64,000 nt of DNA from Chloroflexota bacterium. GTDB taxonomy: Bacteria; Chloroflexota; Dehalococcoidia; Lucifugimonadales; UBA3495. The stretch spans positions 49,531-113,530 of the forward strand of contig VXTR01000035.1 in the NCBI GenBank assembly GCA_009837355.1, given 5' to 3'. Position 1 is the first letter of the stretch; every line of letters begins with the position of its first letter. Below the pieces are notes generated by a model. It saw only the letters and a program-made list of their open reading frames with translations. It searched no databases and was not told the origin of the DNA. A program made the translations under genes and the position numbers. Positions 51,490-61,814 of this stretch are shown here, in pieces.

Positions 51490-52668
51490 TTAGGAACGCG
51501 GCGCCGGGATGGTCCAGTTTTCCAGCCGCTGGCAGCCGGTTTCCACGCGCTCGTCAGGGGTAGTGAGCGAGAGGCGGATATAGCCCTCGCCGTACTGCCC
51601 GTAGGAGGAGCCGGGGGTAACCACGATGTCGATTTCTTCCAGCAGGCGCGCCGCAAAATCGGCGGAAGTGAATCCCTCCGGCACCGGCGCCCAGATGTAC
51701 AGGCTGGCGCGAGGCGTCTCCACTTGCAGGCCCATGCGGGTCAACGCCTGCAGCACCCGGTCGCGCCGCCATTGGTAGATGCCGATGTTGTCGTCGATGC
51801 AATCCTGCGGGCCGGTCAACGCCTCCATTGACATTTCCTGAATGGCCTGGGGGATGCCGGAGTCCAGGTTGGCCTTGATTTGGAACAGAGCCTTGATCAT
51901 GTCGGCGTTGCCCACGGCCATGCCCATGCGCCAGCCGGTCATGTTGTAGGTCTTGGACAGTGAATGAAACTCCAGGCCGACCTCTTTGGCCCCATCCAGC
52001 TGCATCATGCTGCCGGCCCGGTAACCGTCGTAGCCGACTTCCGAGTATGCGGCATCGTGCAGCAGAGCGATGTTGTGCTCGCGGCAGTAGCGCAGGGCCG
52101 ATTCCAGGTCTTCCTGCGAGGCCACGGCGCTGGTGGGGTTGTTGGGGTAGTTCAGCCACATCACCTTGGCGGCGCGGGCCACGTCGTCGGGGATGGCATC
52201 ATATTCTGGCAGCCAGCCGTTGCGCTGGTACAGGGGCATCACGTAACTCTCGGCGCCGGCGAACATGGTGCCCACGGCATAGACGGGATAGGCCGGATCG
52301 GGCACCAGGGCGATGTCGCCGGGATCGAGGAAGCAAAAGGCGGCGTGACCGATGCCTTCCTTGGCGCCGATGAGGGGCAGCACCTCGGTGTCCGGGTCAA
52401 GGTTAACGTCGAAGCGCTGCTTGTACCAGTGGGCGACGGCCCGACGCATCTCAGGCAGGCCATCGGTCTCCGGATAGCGATGGTTGGGCGGGTCCTGGGA
52501 TGCCGTCAGCAGTCGGTCGATGATGGGCTGCGGCGTAGGTATGTCAGGGTCGCCAATGCCGAAGGTAACTACGTCGGCACCGGCAGCGCGCTTCTCAGCG
52601 ATGATGCGCGAGATTTCCACGAAGGGGTAAGGTGCAAGTTTGCCGAGTCGGTTGGAGAAGGTGGGCAT
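51490..52668 (-). CDS. dapL: LL-diaminopimelate aminotransferase
   Basis: GIGDPD, GAKEG, LNYPNNPT, DAAY, SLSKTYNMTGWR, NLDSG; near dapF. Confidence 0.88.
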   Translation of the reverse strand: MPTFSNRLGKLAPYPFVEISRIIAEKRAAGADVVTFGIGDPDIPTPQPIIDRLLTASQDPPNHRYPETDGLPEMRRAVAHWYKQRFDVNLDPDTEVLPLIGAKEGIGHAAFCFLDPGDIALVPDPAYPVYAVGTMFAGAESYVMPLYQRNGWLPEYDAIPDDVARAAKVMWLNYPNNPTSAVASQEDLESALRYCREHNIALLHDAAYSEVGYDGYRAGSMMQLDGAKEVGLEFHSLSKTYNMTGWRMGMAVGNADMIKALFQIKANLDSGIPQAIQEMSMEALTGPQDCIDDNIGIYQWRRDRVLQALTRMGLQVETPRASLYIWAPVPEGFTSADFAARLLEEIDIVVTPGSSYGQYGEGYIRLSLTTPDERVETGCQRLENWTIPAPRS

Positions 52669-52729
52669 TGGTGCTCCTGGGGTTGATGCCATGACAGGAA
52701 TGTTTAGAGTTTGGGCACGATGGCAGCGC

Positions 52730-53410
52730 TTACACCGCTGCCGCTACCTCCGGCTGTTGCGCCATTCCCCGCTCCAGCGTCAGCCAGTTGTATTCGTCGA
52801 TGAACTTGGCCAGGCTGAACGGCGGGTCGATGCCCAGCTCGGTGGATAGCTGGCCGGCCGGGTCGTCGATGCCGTGCTGCCCGCGGGCGTCGGAAACGAT
52901 GGACAGGGTGGCCATGCGCATGACGGTCAGGAACTGTGAGTAGGTTGCCCCGTTGGGTTTGTCGTCCGGGAAGTAGGCGTTCCGGATGCCATCGCTCCAC
53001 GACACGAAAAGTTGTGGGTTTAGCGCAGTGAGAATCGCAGATGCGGCGGTAGGCCCCACGCCGTGGGCTGCGGTCAGGCAGTCGAAAGCCCGCTCGATCA
53101 CGTCCAGCGTGGAGCAGCGAAGGTCGTCAAACTCTAATGCCGATGCCGCCAGCGGAGTCAAATAAGGGGCTGCTGTGGCGATAGCGTGGGCGATGCTGGG
53201 TGCCTTATCCGGTGAAATCCGCGTATTCCACTGATTGGTGTAGCGCACTAGCGACGACCAATCGGCGTCGGGCTTGCCTTCCAGCAGCGCGGCGCCGAAC
53301 TGCGGTGTGATGACCGTCATGGATAGCGCGTCGTCGTCCCTGCCGCGGAAAGCGTGGGCCGACCAGCACAGTTGCTCAAAGGTATTGGGGCCGGTTGTGT
53401 AGTCGCTCAT
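52730..53410 (-). CDS. Hypothetical protein, HhH-like motif
   Basis: ATGA overlap with dapF; GVGPTAASAILTALNPQLFVSW, LAKFIDEYNW. Confidence 0.65.
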   Translation of the reverse strand: MSDYTTGPNTFEQLCWSAHAFRGRDDDALSMTVITPQFGAALLEGKPDADWSSLVRYTNQWNTRISPDKAPSIAHAIATAAPYLTPLAASALEFDDLRCSTLDVIERAFDCLTAAHGVGPTAASAILTALNPQLFVSWSDGIRNAYFPDDKPNGATYSQFLTVMRMATLSIVSDARGQHGIDDPAGQLSTELGIDPPFSLAKFIDEYNWLTLERGMAQQPEVAAAV

Positions 53411-54267
53411 TCTGTCCACACTCCACTGAAAACTTCGGCGGCGGGGCCTTCCAGGTAAACCTCTCCCTGGCCATCCCACTCGATGTTGAGGGTGCCGCCG
53501 GGCAGGTTGACGGCTACCCGGTCGCCGGTGTGCCCCAGGAGTCGAGAGGCGACGCCGATGGCGCAAGCGCCGGTACCGCAGGCCATGGTCTCGCCGGAAC
53601 CGCGCTCCCAGACCCGGGCGTCCAGCTTGCCGTCATCGCGCAGGTTGACGATTTCAAAGTTAACCCGGTCGGGGAAAATAGGATGCCGTTCCACCAACGG
53701 CCCGATGTTGTGCAGTGGGAACTCTTCCACTGGCTGGTCGATGAAGGTAACGGCGTGAGGGTTGCCCATTGACACAAAGGTCAGGAACAGGCGGAAATCC
53801 CCAGGATGGATGGCGTAGTTGATGATAGGGCCGTCCTTGCCGGCGATGGCCGGGTCAAGGTCAACCGGGATCTCCGCCGGCGCGAATCGGGGCGGTCCCA
53901 TGCTGACCCGCGCCGAATCAACCGACGTTCCGTCGTAGTGAGGCACGATGGTGCGGACTCCGGACATGGTGTCAACCGTGACCTCCTGGGCAGTGGAGGG
54001 CACGATGCCTCGTTCGATGGCGTACTTGGCGAAGCACCGGATGCCGTTGCCACACATCGCGCCCTCGGAGCCGTCGGAGTTAAACATCCGCATCCTCAGG
54101 TCGGCGACTTCGGAGTTCATCACCAGGATCAGGCCGTCGCCGCCCACGCCGAAATGACGGTCGCTGATGCTCCGGGACAGGCTCCCCCAATCACGTTCGG
54201 GCATGGCGCGGGCGTCCACATAGACGTAGTCGTTGCCGGCGCCGTGCATTTTGGTGAATTCCATCAT
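53407..54267 (-). CDS. dapF: Diaminopimelate epimerase
   Basis: KMHGAGND, MCGNGIRC, GNPH, ERGSGETMACGTG. Confidence 0.97.
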   Translation of the reverse strand: MMEFTKMHGAGNDYVYVDARAMPERDWGSLSRSISDRHFGVGGDGLILVMNSEVADLRMRMFNSDGSEGAMCGNGIRCFAKYAIERGIVPSTAQEVTVDTMSGVRTIVPHYDGTSVDSARVSMGPPRFAPAEIPVDLDPAIAGKDGPIINYAIHPGDFRLFLTFVSMGNPHAVTFIDQPVEEFPLHNIGPLVERHPIFPDRVNFEIVNLRDDGKLDARVWERGSGETMACGTGACAIGVASRLLGHTGDRVAVNLPGGTLNIEWDGQGEVYLEGPAAEVFSGVWTE

Positions 54268-55256
54268 TGAAACTCCGTCCCCGGATTGGCTCGGGGGCTG
54301 TCGTTCGCAATTGTATCACACGGCGCCGGCGACTCCATGAACTTCTGCACCAGCGACGAGGCGGCATCTATCGGCAAGCCGCTGGTAGCATCCAGCCATG
54401 CGATGCGCGGGTCGGCGGGCTTGAACCAGGTATATTGGCGGCGAACCAGGCGGTGGGTTTGCGTTTTGGCGCGGGCGATGGCGTCGGGCAGTGTCACTTC
54501 GCCGGCCAGATGCTGACCTAGTTCGGAATATCCGACACCGGATAGCACGCCGGCTCCCAGGGTATAGCCCTCGCCAGCGAGGCGGCGCGCCTCGTCCAGC
54601 AATCCCGCGTCCATCATCGCGTCGAAGCGCTCGTCAATGCGCTGGTACAGGGTGGCGCGGTCAGCGGTAAGGCCGATGATTCGGGCGCGATAAGGTGGCT
54701 CTGCGCTCTTGGCGCCCGCAGCAACCGAGCCGCCGTGAGCGTGGTGGATTTCCAGGGCGCGGATGATGCGCCGCGTGTTGTGAGGGCCGATACTCTCAGC
54801 GCGCTGCGGGTCGAGACTGTGCAGTTCCCGGTAAAGCGCAGTTGCGCCCTCGGCGCTCGCCCTGCGTTCCAGCTCGGCGCGCAAATCGGCGTTGGGACGG
54901 ACTTGGGGAACCTGCCATCCTTCCAGCAATGCCCAGACGTATTGCCCCGTGCCGCCGCACAGAATTGGCAGCTTGCCGCGTGAGACGATGTCGGTGATGG
55001 AATCTCTGGCCAGCGGAAGGTACTCGCCCAGGCTGAATGGCGCGTCAGGCCGGCGAATGTTAATGAGGTGATGACGGGCGGCGCGCAGTTCCTCGGCAGT
55101 TGGCTTGGCGGTACCGATGTCCATGCCGGTATAGACCTGCCGACTGTCCGCATTGACGATTTCGACGTCGAATCGTCGGGCCAGCGCAATGGCAAGTGCA
55201 GTTTTGCCCACTCCGGTGGGGCCGACGACGGCGACGAGTGTCGCGCAGGTCGACAT
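54264..55256 (-). CDS. miaA: tRNA dimethylallyltransferase
   Basis: GPTGVGKT, ADSRQVY, DIGTAKP, RRIIRALE, RQYTWF. Confidence 0.96.
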   Translation of the reverse strand: MSTCATLVAVVGPTGVGKTALAIALARRFDVEIVNADSRQVYTGMDIGTAKPTAEELRAARHHLINIRRPDAPFSLGEYLPLARDSITDIVSRGKLPILCGGTGQYVWALLEGWQVPQVRPNADLRAELERRASAEGATALYRELHSLDPQRAESIGPHNTRRIIRALEIHHAHGGSVAAGAKSAEPPYRARIIGLTADRATLYQRIDERFDAMMDAGLLDEARRLAGEGYTLGAGVLSGVGYSELGQHLAGEVTLPDAIARAKTQTHRLVRRQYTWFKPADPRIAWLDATSGLPIDAASSLVQKFMESPAPCDTIANDSPRANPGTEFQ

Positions 55257-55275
55257 AGACTGGCCTGTGCGAACG

Positions 55276-56052
55276 CTAGGACTCGCCGGCGGCGAAAGCG
55301 GCGGCCACCGCCAGGAAGGAATCGGCGTCCAGGCTGGCCCCGCCCACCAGCGCGCCGTTGATGCTGAGGACGGCGGCAAAATCGGCGGCGTTGCCCGGGT
55401 TAACGCTGCCGCCGTAAAGCAATGGCGTTGCCGCCGCGACTTCTACTCCCAGGCACGCCGACACGGTGGGCCATATTGCCCCGCCCATTATTTGGTCGGC
55501 GATTTCGGGAGTAGCGGCGCGCCCGGTCCCGATGGCCCAGACGGGTTCGTAGGCTATCGACAAACGCCCCGCGGCGGCCTCGGGGTCCAGGTCGGCCAGG
55601 GCGGCCACCACCTGGCGGCGAATCACCTCCACGGCCTGGCCGCTTTCACGCTCGTCCAACGTTTCACCGACGCATACGATGGGGCGCAAGCCATGATTCA
55701 AGGCGGCGGCAGCTTTGCGGCCCACGGACTCGTCGGTTTCGCCGTAAAACTGGCGACGCTCCGAGTGCCCGATAAAGACGTAATCACAAAGGCCGACCAG
55801 CATGGGCGCCGCGATTTCGCCGGTGAATGCGCCGCTGTCGTCGGCGTGCATATTCTGGGCGGCCACGGCAACTCCGCTGCCGGCCATGGCGTCCCGTACT
55901 GCGGCCAGCGACACAAAAGGCGGGCCAACGATGACGCTGACGCCGTTCAGGCTCGCCGCGCCGGTGGCGATGGCCGACGCCAGCCCCACGCCGGACGCGA
56001 TGTCCGTGTTCATCTTCCAGTTGCCGGCTACTATGTTTCGGATGGCTGGCAT
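55276..56052 (-). CDS. tpiA: Triosephosphate isomerase
   Basis: AGNWKMN, GHSERR, AYEPVWAIGTG, YGGSV, LVGGASL. Confidence 0.97.
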   Translation of the reverse strand: MPAIRNIVAGNWKMNTDIASGVGLASAIATGAASLNGVSVIVGPPFVSLAAVRDAMAGSGVAVAAQNMHADDSGAFTGEIAAPMLVGLCDYVFIGHSERRQFYGETDESVGRKAAAALNHGLRPIVCVGETLDERESGQAVEVIRRQVVAALADLDPEAAAGRLSIAYEPVWAIGTGRAATPEIADQIMGGAIWPTVSACLGVEVAAATPLLYGGSVNPGNAADFAAVLSINGALVGGASLDADSFLAVAAAFAAGES

Positions 56053-56062
56053 CGGTAGTTCC

Positions 56063-57268
56063 TCACGGGCCGTACTTGCCCAGCTTGCCCGAGTGGGACA
56101 GGGCCAGCAGCATGATGGTTTCGGCGGGTATTCGGCCCAGGGAACCCTGGGCGCAAGCGCGCTCATTGAAGCCGTCCACGCCTTCGCCCAGGGTCAGCTG
56201 GGAGTGTAGCAAAAACGGCACCGGATGCCAGCTGTGGGAGGCCATGACCGCCGGCGTTGCGTGGTCGCCGGCCACCATCAGCACGTCGGGTTCCAACTCA
56301 AGTATCCGCGGGATATGGGTGTCCAGCACTTCAAGCGTACGCACTTTGCCGTCGAAATCGCCATCTTCGCCGGCAGAGTCGGCGGGTTTGTAGTGCAGGA
56401 AGAAGAAGTCGTGGTCTTCCCAGTTGGCATGCAGCGTGTTCACTTCGTCGCCAAAATCCATGCCGGTGGGGATGATTTTCATGTTGGCGACGGAGGCCAG
56501 CCCTCGGTACATCGGGTAGGCGGCAATGGCGGCGGGATTCAGGTGATAGACCTGCCCGAAATCCGGGAGGTTGGGCAGCTGGGCCCAGCCGCGCAGCAGC
56601 ACCATGTTGGCCGGCTGTTCTTCGGATAGGAGGCGGCCGGCCTCGGCGACGAATTGCTGCACAATCTCGGCGGTGCGCTCGGCTTCCGGCGTCAGCGCGC
56701 CGGCCGGGCGCGGAGCCACGCCCTCCCGCTGGGGGTCCGTCTCGTCCACCTGCTCGGACAAGCCTTCGCCTCGCAGGCGCAGCACGAAGCGATAGTCCTG
56801 CACCGGGAACACGTCCAACTGGACGCCGGGGATTTCAATCTCGTCCAGGCGTTCGCACAGGGGCGCACTCAGCGCGGTGGCGATGCGTCCGGCGCGGCGG
56901 TCGGTGAGCCGGCCGTCGTCGTCAACGGTGCAGAAGTTGCCCCGCGCCGCCACGTCCCCGGGCAGCAGTTCAGCGCCGATGCCCAATGCTTCCAGGACAC
57001 CGCGCCCGATGAAATACTTCAACGGATTGTATCCGAACAGGGCCAGATGCCCCGGGCCGCTGCCGGGAGCGATGCCCACCTCCACCGGCGTGGTCAAGCC
57101 GCAGGCGCTGCGTTGCGCCAGGGCGTCCAGGTTGGGTATGTGGGCGGTTTCCAGCTCCGACTTGCGGGTGTCGGGATGGGGCAGCCCACCCAGCCCGTCG
57201 GCAACCAGCATTATGATTTTGGACGGCGTGCTGGCAAGGCTATCGTGAATCTGTTCAAGGTCAATCAT
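56063..57268 (-). CDS. apgM: 2,3-BPG-independent phosphoglycerate mutase (ApgM type)
   Basis: DGLGG, PGSGPGH, GRGVLEA, DRRAGR, GDHATP, HSWHPVP. Confidence 0.92.
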   Translation of the reverse strand: MIDLEQIHDSLASTPSKIIMLVADGLGGLPHPDTRKSELETAHIPNLDALAQRSACGLTTPVEVGIAPGSGPGHLALFGYNPLKYFIGRGVLEALGIGAELLPGDVAARGNFCTVDDDGRLTDRRAGRIATALSAPLCERLDEIEIPGVQLDVFPVQDYRFVLRLRGEGLSEQVDETDPQREGVAPRPAGALTPEAERTAEIVQQFVAEAGRLLSEEQPANMVLLRGWAQLPNLPDFGQVYHLNPAAIAAYPMYRGLASVANMKIIPTGMDFGDEVNTLHANWEDHDFFFLHYKPADSAGEDGDFDGKVRTLEVLDTHIPRILELEPDVLMVAGDHATPAVMASHSWHPVPFLLHSQLTLGEGVDGFNERACAQGSLGRIPAETIMLLALSHSGKLGKYGP

Positions 57269-57285
57269 GGTAGCTCCGAAGTATT

Positions 57286-58482
57286 TTAAGTGTCCGGCAA
57301 GGCGGCGATGCCGGGCAGTTCCCGCCCTTCCAGAAATTCCAGCGATGCGCCCCCACCTGTTGACACGTGGGTCATATGGTCCATAAGGCCCAGAGATTCT
57401 ACAGCCTCGGCAGTGGAACCGCCCCCGACCACGGTAGTTACCCCAGGCTGTCCGGCGATGCCATTGGCAACCTGCCGAGTGCCGGTGCTGAACCGTTTCA
57501 TTTCAAAGACGCCCATGGGCCCGTTCCACAGGATGGTTTTGCAGCCGGCCAAAGCAGTAGCATAGCGGGTAGCGGTTTCCGGCCCAACGTCCATGATGTA
57601 CCAGCCGTCGGGAACGTCGTCCACCGAGCGAGTCGTTACGGCATTGGGGTCGGGAGCAAACTCGTCGGCAGTTACCACGTCCTCGGGCAGGTGAACGGCA
57701 ACGCCGTCGCGCTCGGCGCGTTGCAATACGTCCCTGGCGAACTCCAGCCGGTCCTCTTCAACCGCCGACGCGCCGACGGATTTGCCGATGGCGGCCAGGA
57801 AGGTTATCGCCATACCGCCGCCGATGAAGAGATGGTCCAGCCGGGACAGCAGGTTTTCCAATACCAGGATCTTGTCGCTGACCTTGGCCCCGCCCATCAG
57901 CGCGGCCAGCGGACGCTCCGGTTCGGCGAGGGCCAGCCCCAGCGACTCTACCTCGCGCTGAGTCAACAAGCCCATAGCCGACGGCAAAAGTTGGGGCAGG
58001 CCGACGGTCGAGGCGTGGGCGCGATGCGCCACTGCGAAAGCGTCCATTACGAAACGGTCGGCCAGGGATGCCAGTTTACTGGAAAATCCGGCGTCGTTTT
58101 TTTCCTCGCCGGGGTGAAAGCGCAGGTTTTCCAGCAGGACGATTTCACGGGCAGACATATCTGAAACCGCCCCGGTAACCTCCGGGCCAATGCAATCGTT
58201 GAAAGACCGTACCGGGCGATTGAGCAGCACGGCCAGCCGGTCACCCACCGGGGCGAGCCGCAGGTCGTCGTCGACTTTCCCTCTAGGGCGGCCCAGGTGT
58301 GAACAGAGCACTACCTTGCAATCCCGTTCCAAAAGGTACTCGATAGTAGGCAAGGTGGCGCGCAGCCGCTGGTCGTAGTTGGCGATGGCCTCAACGCCCT
58401 GCTCGATGGGAACATTAAAATCGACGCGTACCAGCACGGTCTTGCCGGCCACGTCCAGTTGAGAGAGGGTGCGCTTGGTCAT
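57286..58482 (-). CDS. pgk: Phosphoglycerate kinase
   Basis: RVDFNVP, SHLGRP, LLENLRF, GGAKVSDK, WNGPMG, STGGGASL. Confidence 0.97.
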   Translation of the reverse strand: MTKRTLSQLDVAGKTVLVRVDFNVPIEQGVEAIANYDQRLRATLPTIEYLLERDCKVVLCSHLGRPRGKVDDDLRLAPVGDRLAVLLNRPVRSFNDCIGPEVTGAVSDMSAREIVLLENLRFHPGEEKNDAGFSSKLASLADRFVMDAFAVAHRAHASTVGLPQLLPSAMGLLTQREVESLGLALAEPERPLAALMGGAKVSDKILVLENLLSRLDHLFIGGGMAITFLAAIGKSVGASAVEEDRLEFARDVLQRAERDGVAVHLPEDVVTADEFAPDPNAVTTRSVDDVPDGWYIMDVGPETATRYATALAGCKTILWNGPMGVFEMKRFSTGTRQVANGIAGQPGVTTVVGGGSTAEAVESLGLMDHMTHVSTGGGASLEFLEGRELPGIAALPDT

Positions 58483-58502
58483 TGCTCGCTGCCTTTCCGG
58501 AG

Positions 58503-59531
58503 TCAAACCACCGCGCCGCCGATTACCCATTCCGTAGCTTGCTGCAAGGCTGCGGGTTGGCGCAGCCGGACATTTCCGGTGGAAACCGCAGCGTCAGCGC
58601 CGTCCAGCAGCTCAGCAGTGTGCTTCTCGGCATACTCCCGCGAGGCGGTACCGTCCAGGATGGCTACAATGCGCGCGGAATCGTCCGGCTCCAGCACCCG
58701 TTTCATATAGATGCCGCCCAACTCGCGCTTGTCCGACGTTTCAGCGTGTTGCAGCGCATGGATGATGGGCAGGCTCTTTTTCTTGTTCAGCACGTTGCTG
58801 GCGGTAAAACCGTCGCCGGTGCTGCCCCACAGATCGGCTACGTCGTCGCGGATTTGCCGCGCCATGCCCAGGTTTTCGCCCCATTGCCGCAGGCAATCCG
58901 CGGTGTCGGCGTCAGCGCCCACAGCCAGCGCGCCCAGCTGCGCGGAGCAGCCGGCCAGCGCCCCCGATTTGCGACGAATCATGTCCAGGTAGTCGGGCTC
59001 CGACACCATCAACTGGTCCTGGTAGGTCAAGTCCATGTACTGCCCCTCGCACAGCGTCAGGCACGCTTGGTCCAGGGAACGGAGGGCAGCCAGTACGGTA
59101 TCGGCAGACGCCCCGCCCTCAGCAAGCCGCATCAATTCCGAACGGGCCAGAGCGTGCAACCCGTCGCCGGCATTGATGGCTTGGGACGGCCCCCAGACCC
59201 ACCAGATGCTGGGGCGGTCGTCGCGCTGGTCGATGCGCCCGGCCTGCACGTCGTTGTGCACCAGCACAAAGTTGTAGGCCAGCTCCACCGACGATGCGGC
59301 CGGCACTGCAGGGCGATAATCGCCGGACACGGCCTCGGCGGCGGCAAGGGCCAGCACGCCGCAGTAGTGCAGTGGAGTCGGCGTCCCGTCAACAGGATTC
59401 CCGCGCTCGTCCACCCAACCCAGATGATAACGCACCAGGTCGTAAAGCATACCCTGCCGGTTGGAGAGCGACGCGCGCAAATCGGCGTCCACCGCGGCGC
59501 GGTAGCTGTCGTATGTAACGGCAGTGGTGAT
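58503..59531 (-). CDS. Polyprenyl synthetase family protein with degenerate first Asp-rich motif
   Basis: AINAGD, EGQYMD, QIRDDVAD, KKKSLP; FARM reads HNDVQA; start inferred at ATC 59531 (first canonical start is GTG 59492). Confidence 0.85.
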   Translation of the reverse strand: MTTAVTYDSYRAAVDADLRASLSNRQGMLYDLVRYHLGWVDERGNPVDGTPTPLHYCGVLALAAAEAVSGDYRPAVPAASSVELAYNFVLVHNDVQAGRIDQRDDRPSIWWVWGPSQAINAGDGLHALARSELMRLAEGGASADTVLAALRSLDQACLTLCEGQYMDLTYQDQLMVSEPDYLDMIRRKSGALAGCSAQLGALAVGADADTADCLRQWGENLGMARQIRDDVADLWGSTGDGFTASNVLNKKKSLPIIHALQHAETSDKRELGGIYMKRVLEPDDSARIVAILDGTASREYAEKHTAELLDGADAAVSTGNVRLRQPAALQQATEWVIGGAVV

Positions 59532-59552
59532 GATTGCCTCCGCGTCGGCACG

Positions 59553-60164
59553 TTAAGCCAAGGCCTGCTGGATTTCGCAGAATTGCAGCGCCCCGGCCCG
59601 CAACAAAGTGGGCCCGTTTTCGGACACTGCTACGATAGTGCTGGCGGTACCCTGCGGCTGCTGGCCAGCAGTAATAATACCATCAACCAGCCCTCCCAAA
59701 CAGCGGCGTAAATCCTCCGGGTCTGTGATGTCCTCGGCGCCGCTGGGGTTGGCGCTGGTTCCCGTGATAGGCCGGCCAAGGCTCTTGGCCAGTGCCAGCG
59801 GTACGTCATGGTCGGGCATCCGCACGGCGATGGTATCCCGGCCGGCGGTAAGGCGCGGTGGCAATTCCGGCGCCGCAGGTAGCACCAACGTGAGAGGGCC
59901 GGGCCAGTATCTGCTTGCCAATTGTTCCGCTATAGCGCGAGCCAGCCCCCTGACATTGGAGACCGTCGCCACCTGCTCCCAGCCGGAAACCAGTACCGGC
60001 AAGGGCATGTCGGCGGGCCGCCCTTTCACCTGATAGACTCGCTCCAGCGCCGCCGGGTTGAGGGCGTCGGCGGCCAGGCCATACAGCGTGTCCGTGGGGA
60101 TGGCAACTACACCGCCGTCGGCCAGGCAGTTCACCGCTTGAGCGATTTCAGTTTGGTAACCCAT
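59553..60164 (-). CDS. tsaC: L-threonylcarbamoyladenylate synthase (TsaC/YrdC)
   Basis: PTDTLYGL, KGRP, WPGPLT, AVRMP, TSANPSG. Confidence 0.93.
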   Translation of the reverse strand: MGYQTEIAQAVNCLADGGVVAIPTDTLYGLAADALNPAALERVYQVKGRPADMPLPVLVSGWEQVATVSNVRGLARAIAEQLASRYWPGPLTLVLPAAPELPPRLTAGRDTIAVRMPDHDVPLALAKSLGRPITGTSANPSGAEDITDPEDLRRCLGGLVDGIITAGQQPQGTASTIVAVSENGPTLLRAGALQFCEIQQALA

Positions 60165-60255
60165 ATCAGCGTTGATTTTACCATCCCCGGACGGTGCCGC
60201 GGCTCTCAGTATGCTAATATAATCGCCGAAATTCTGTGAGTGCGGGAAGAGCGGC

Positions 60256-61809
60256 ATGATCACATCAGCGCACCCCGATGCCATCGTCGTCATTGATTTT
60301 GGTTCGCAGTACACCCACCTGATTGCGCGCCGCATACGGGAGTTGCGGGTGTACTCCGAAATCGTCTCGGCGACGGCGGGGCTAGCGGCGGTTTCACACC
60401 TCAACGTGCGTGGAATCATTCTGTCCGGCGGCCCGGCCAGCGTGTACGACGACGGGGCGCCGGCAATAGAGGACTGGGTGCTGCATTCCGACGCTCCGAC
60501 GCTGGGCATCTGCTACGGTATGCAAGCGTTGGTGCATCAGTTGGGCGGGAAGGTAGTGGCTGGCGACGTTCGAGAGTACGGTCACGCCGACCTGTTGAGC
60601 GATGGCAGCGACGACGGATTGCTGGCCGGAGTGGGCCGCAAGGCTCCGGTGTGGATGAGCCACGGCGACCGGGTGGAACGCCTCCCCGATGGCATGACTG
60701 CCCTGGCGCACACCGCCAACACCAACTGCGCCGCCGTCAGCGACGGCGAGCGATGGTACGGCCTGCAGTTCCATCCCGAAGTGCAACACACGCCGGACGG
60801 TATGACCATCCTGCGCAACTTCGTGCGCAACATCTGCGGCTGCCCAGAATCCTGGACGCCGGGCAACTTCGTCGCCGACACGGTGGCGCGGGTTCGGGAG
60901 CAGGTTGGCGACGACCGGGTAATCTGCGGTTTGAGCGGCGGCGTGGATTCGTCGGTGGCGGCGGCGCTGCTGCATCGAGCCATCGGCCCGCAACTCACCT
61001 GCATCTTCGTCAACAACGGCCTGCTGCGCCATGACGAAGTGGGCCAGGTGCAGGAAACCTTCCAGCGTGGGCTGGGGCTGGACTTGCGTTATGTTGACGC
61101 CAAATCCCGGTTCCTGAACAAGCTGGCCGGCGTAACCGACCCGGAAGTGAAGCGCAAGACCATCGGCGAAGAGTTCATCCGCGTCTTTGAGGACGCCGCC
61201 GCCGAGATTGAAAACGTGCAGTGGCTGGCGCAAGGCACTCTCTACCCCGACGTGATTGAAAGCGAAACGCCGGAGAACCGGGCCTCGGCCCGCATCAAGA
61301 CCCACCACAACGTCGGTGGCCTGCCGGAGCGCATGGACTTTGGCTTGGTGGAGCCGCTGCGTTACCTGTTCAAGGACGAGGTCCGCGCCGTCGGCCTGGA
61401 GCTGGAACTGCCGGAGGAGATAATCTACCGTCAGCCATTTCCGGGACCGGGCCTGGCCATCCGCATCATCGGCGAAGTAACGCCCGAAAAGACGGCGATG
61501 CTGCGCGACTGTGACCGCATCGTGCTGGAAGAAATCGGTGACGCCGGTTTGTACCGGGACATCTGGCAGAGCTTTGCCGTGCTGACCGACAACCGCACCG
61601 TGGGCGTCATGGGCGACTACCGAACCTACGGCTACGCTTGCGCCATCCGCGCGGTGAACTCCGAGGACGCCATGACCGCCGACTGGGTGCGCCTGCCCTA
61701 CGACGTGCTGGCCCGGATGAGCAACCGCATCGTCAACGAAGTGGACGGCGTGAATCGGGTGGTCTATGACATCACCAGCAAGCCGCCCGGCACCATTGAG
61801 TGGGAGTAA
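60256..61809 (+). CDS. guaA: GMP synthase (glutamine-hydrolysing)
   Basis: [40 protein letters not shown]. Confidence 0.98.
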   Translation: MITSAHPDAIVVIDFGSQYTHLIARRIRELRVYSEIVSATAGLAAVSHLNVRGIILSGGPASVYDDGAPAIEDWVLHSDAPTLGICYGMQALVHQLGGKVVAGDVREYGHADLLSDGSDDGLLAGVGRKAPVWMSHGDRVERLPDGMTALAHTANTNCAAVSDGERWYGLQFHPEVQHTPDGMTILRNFVRNICGCPESWTPGNFVADTVARVREQVGDDRVICGLSGGVDSSVAAALLHRAIGPQLTCIFVNNGLLRHDEVGQVQETFQRGLGLDLRYVDAKSRFLNKLAGVTDPEVKRKTIGEEFIRVFEDAAAEIENVQWLAQGTLYPDVIESETPENRASARIKTHHNVGGLPERMDFGLVEPLRYLFKDEVRAVGLELELPEEIIYRQPFPGPGLAIRIIGEVTPEKTAMLRDCDRIVLEEIGDAGLYRDIWQSFAVLTDNRTVGVMGDYRTYGYACAIRAVNSEDAMTADWVRLPYDVLARMSNRIVNEVDGVNRVVYDITSKPPGTIEWE

Positions 61810-61814
61810 CGTAC

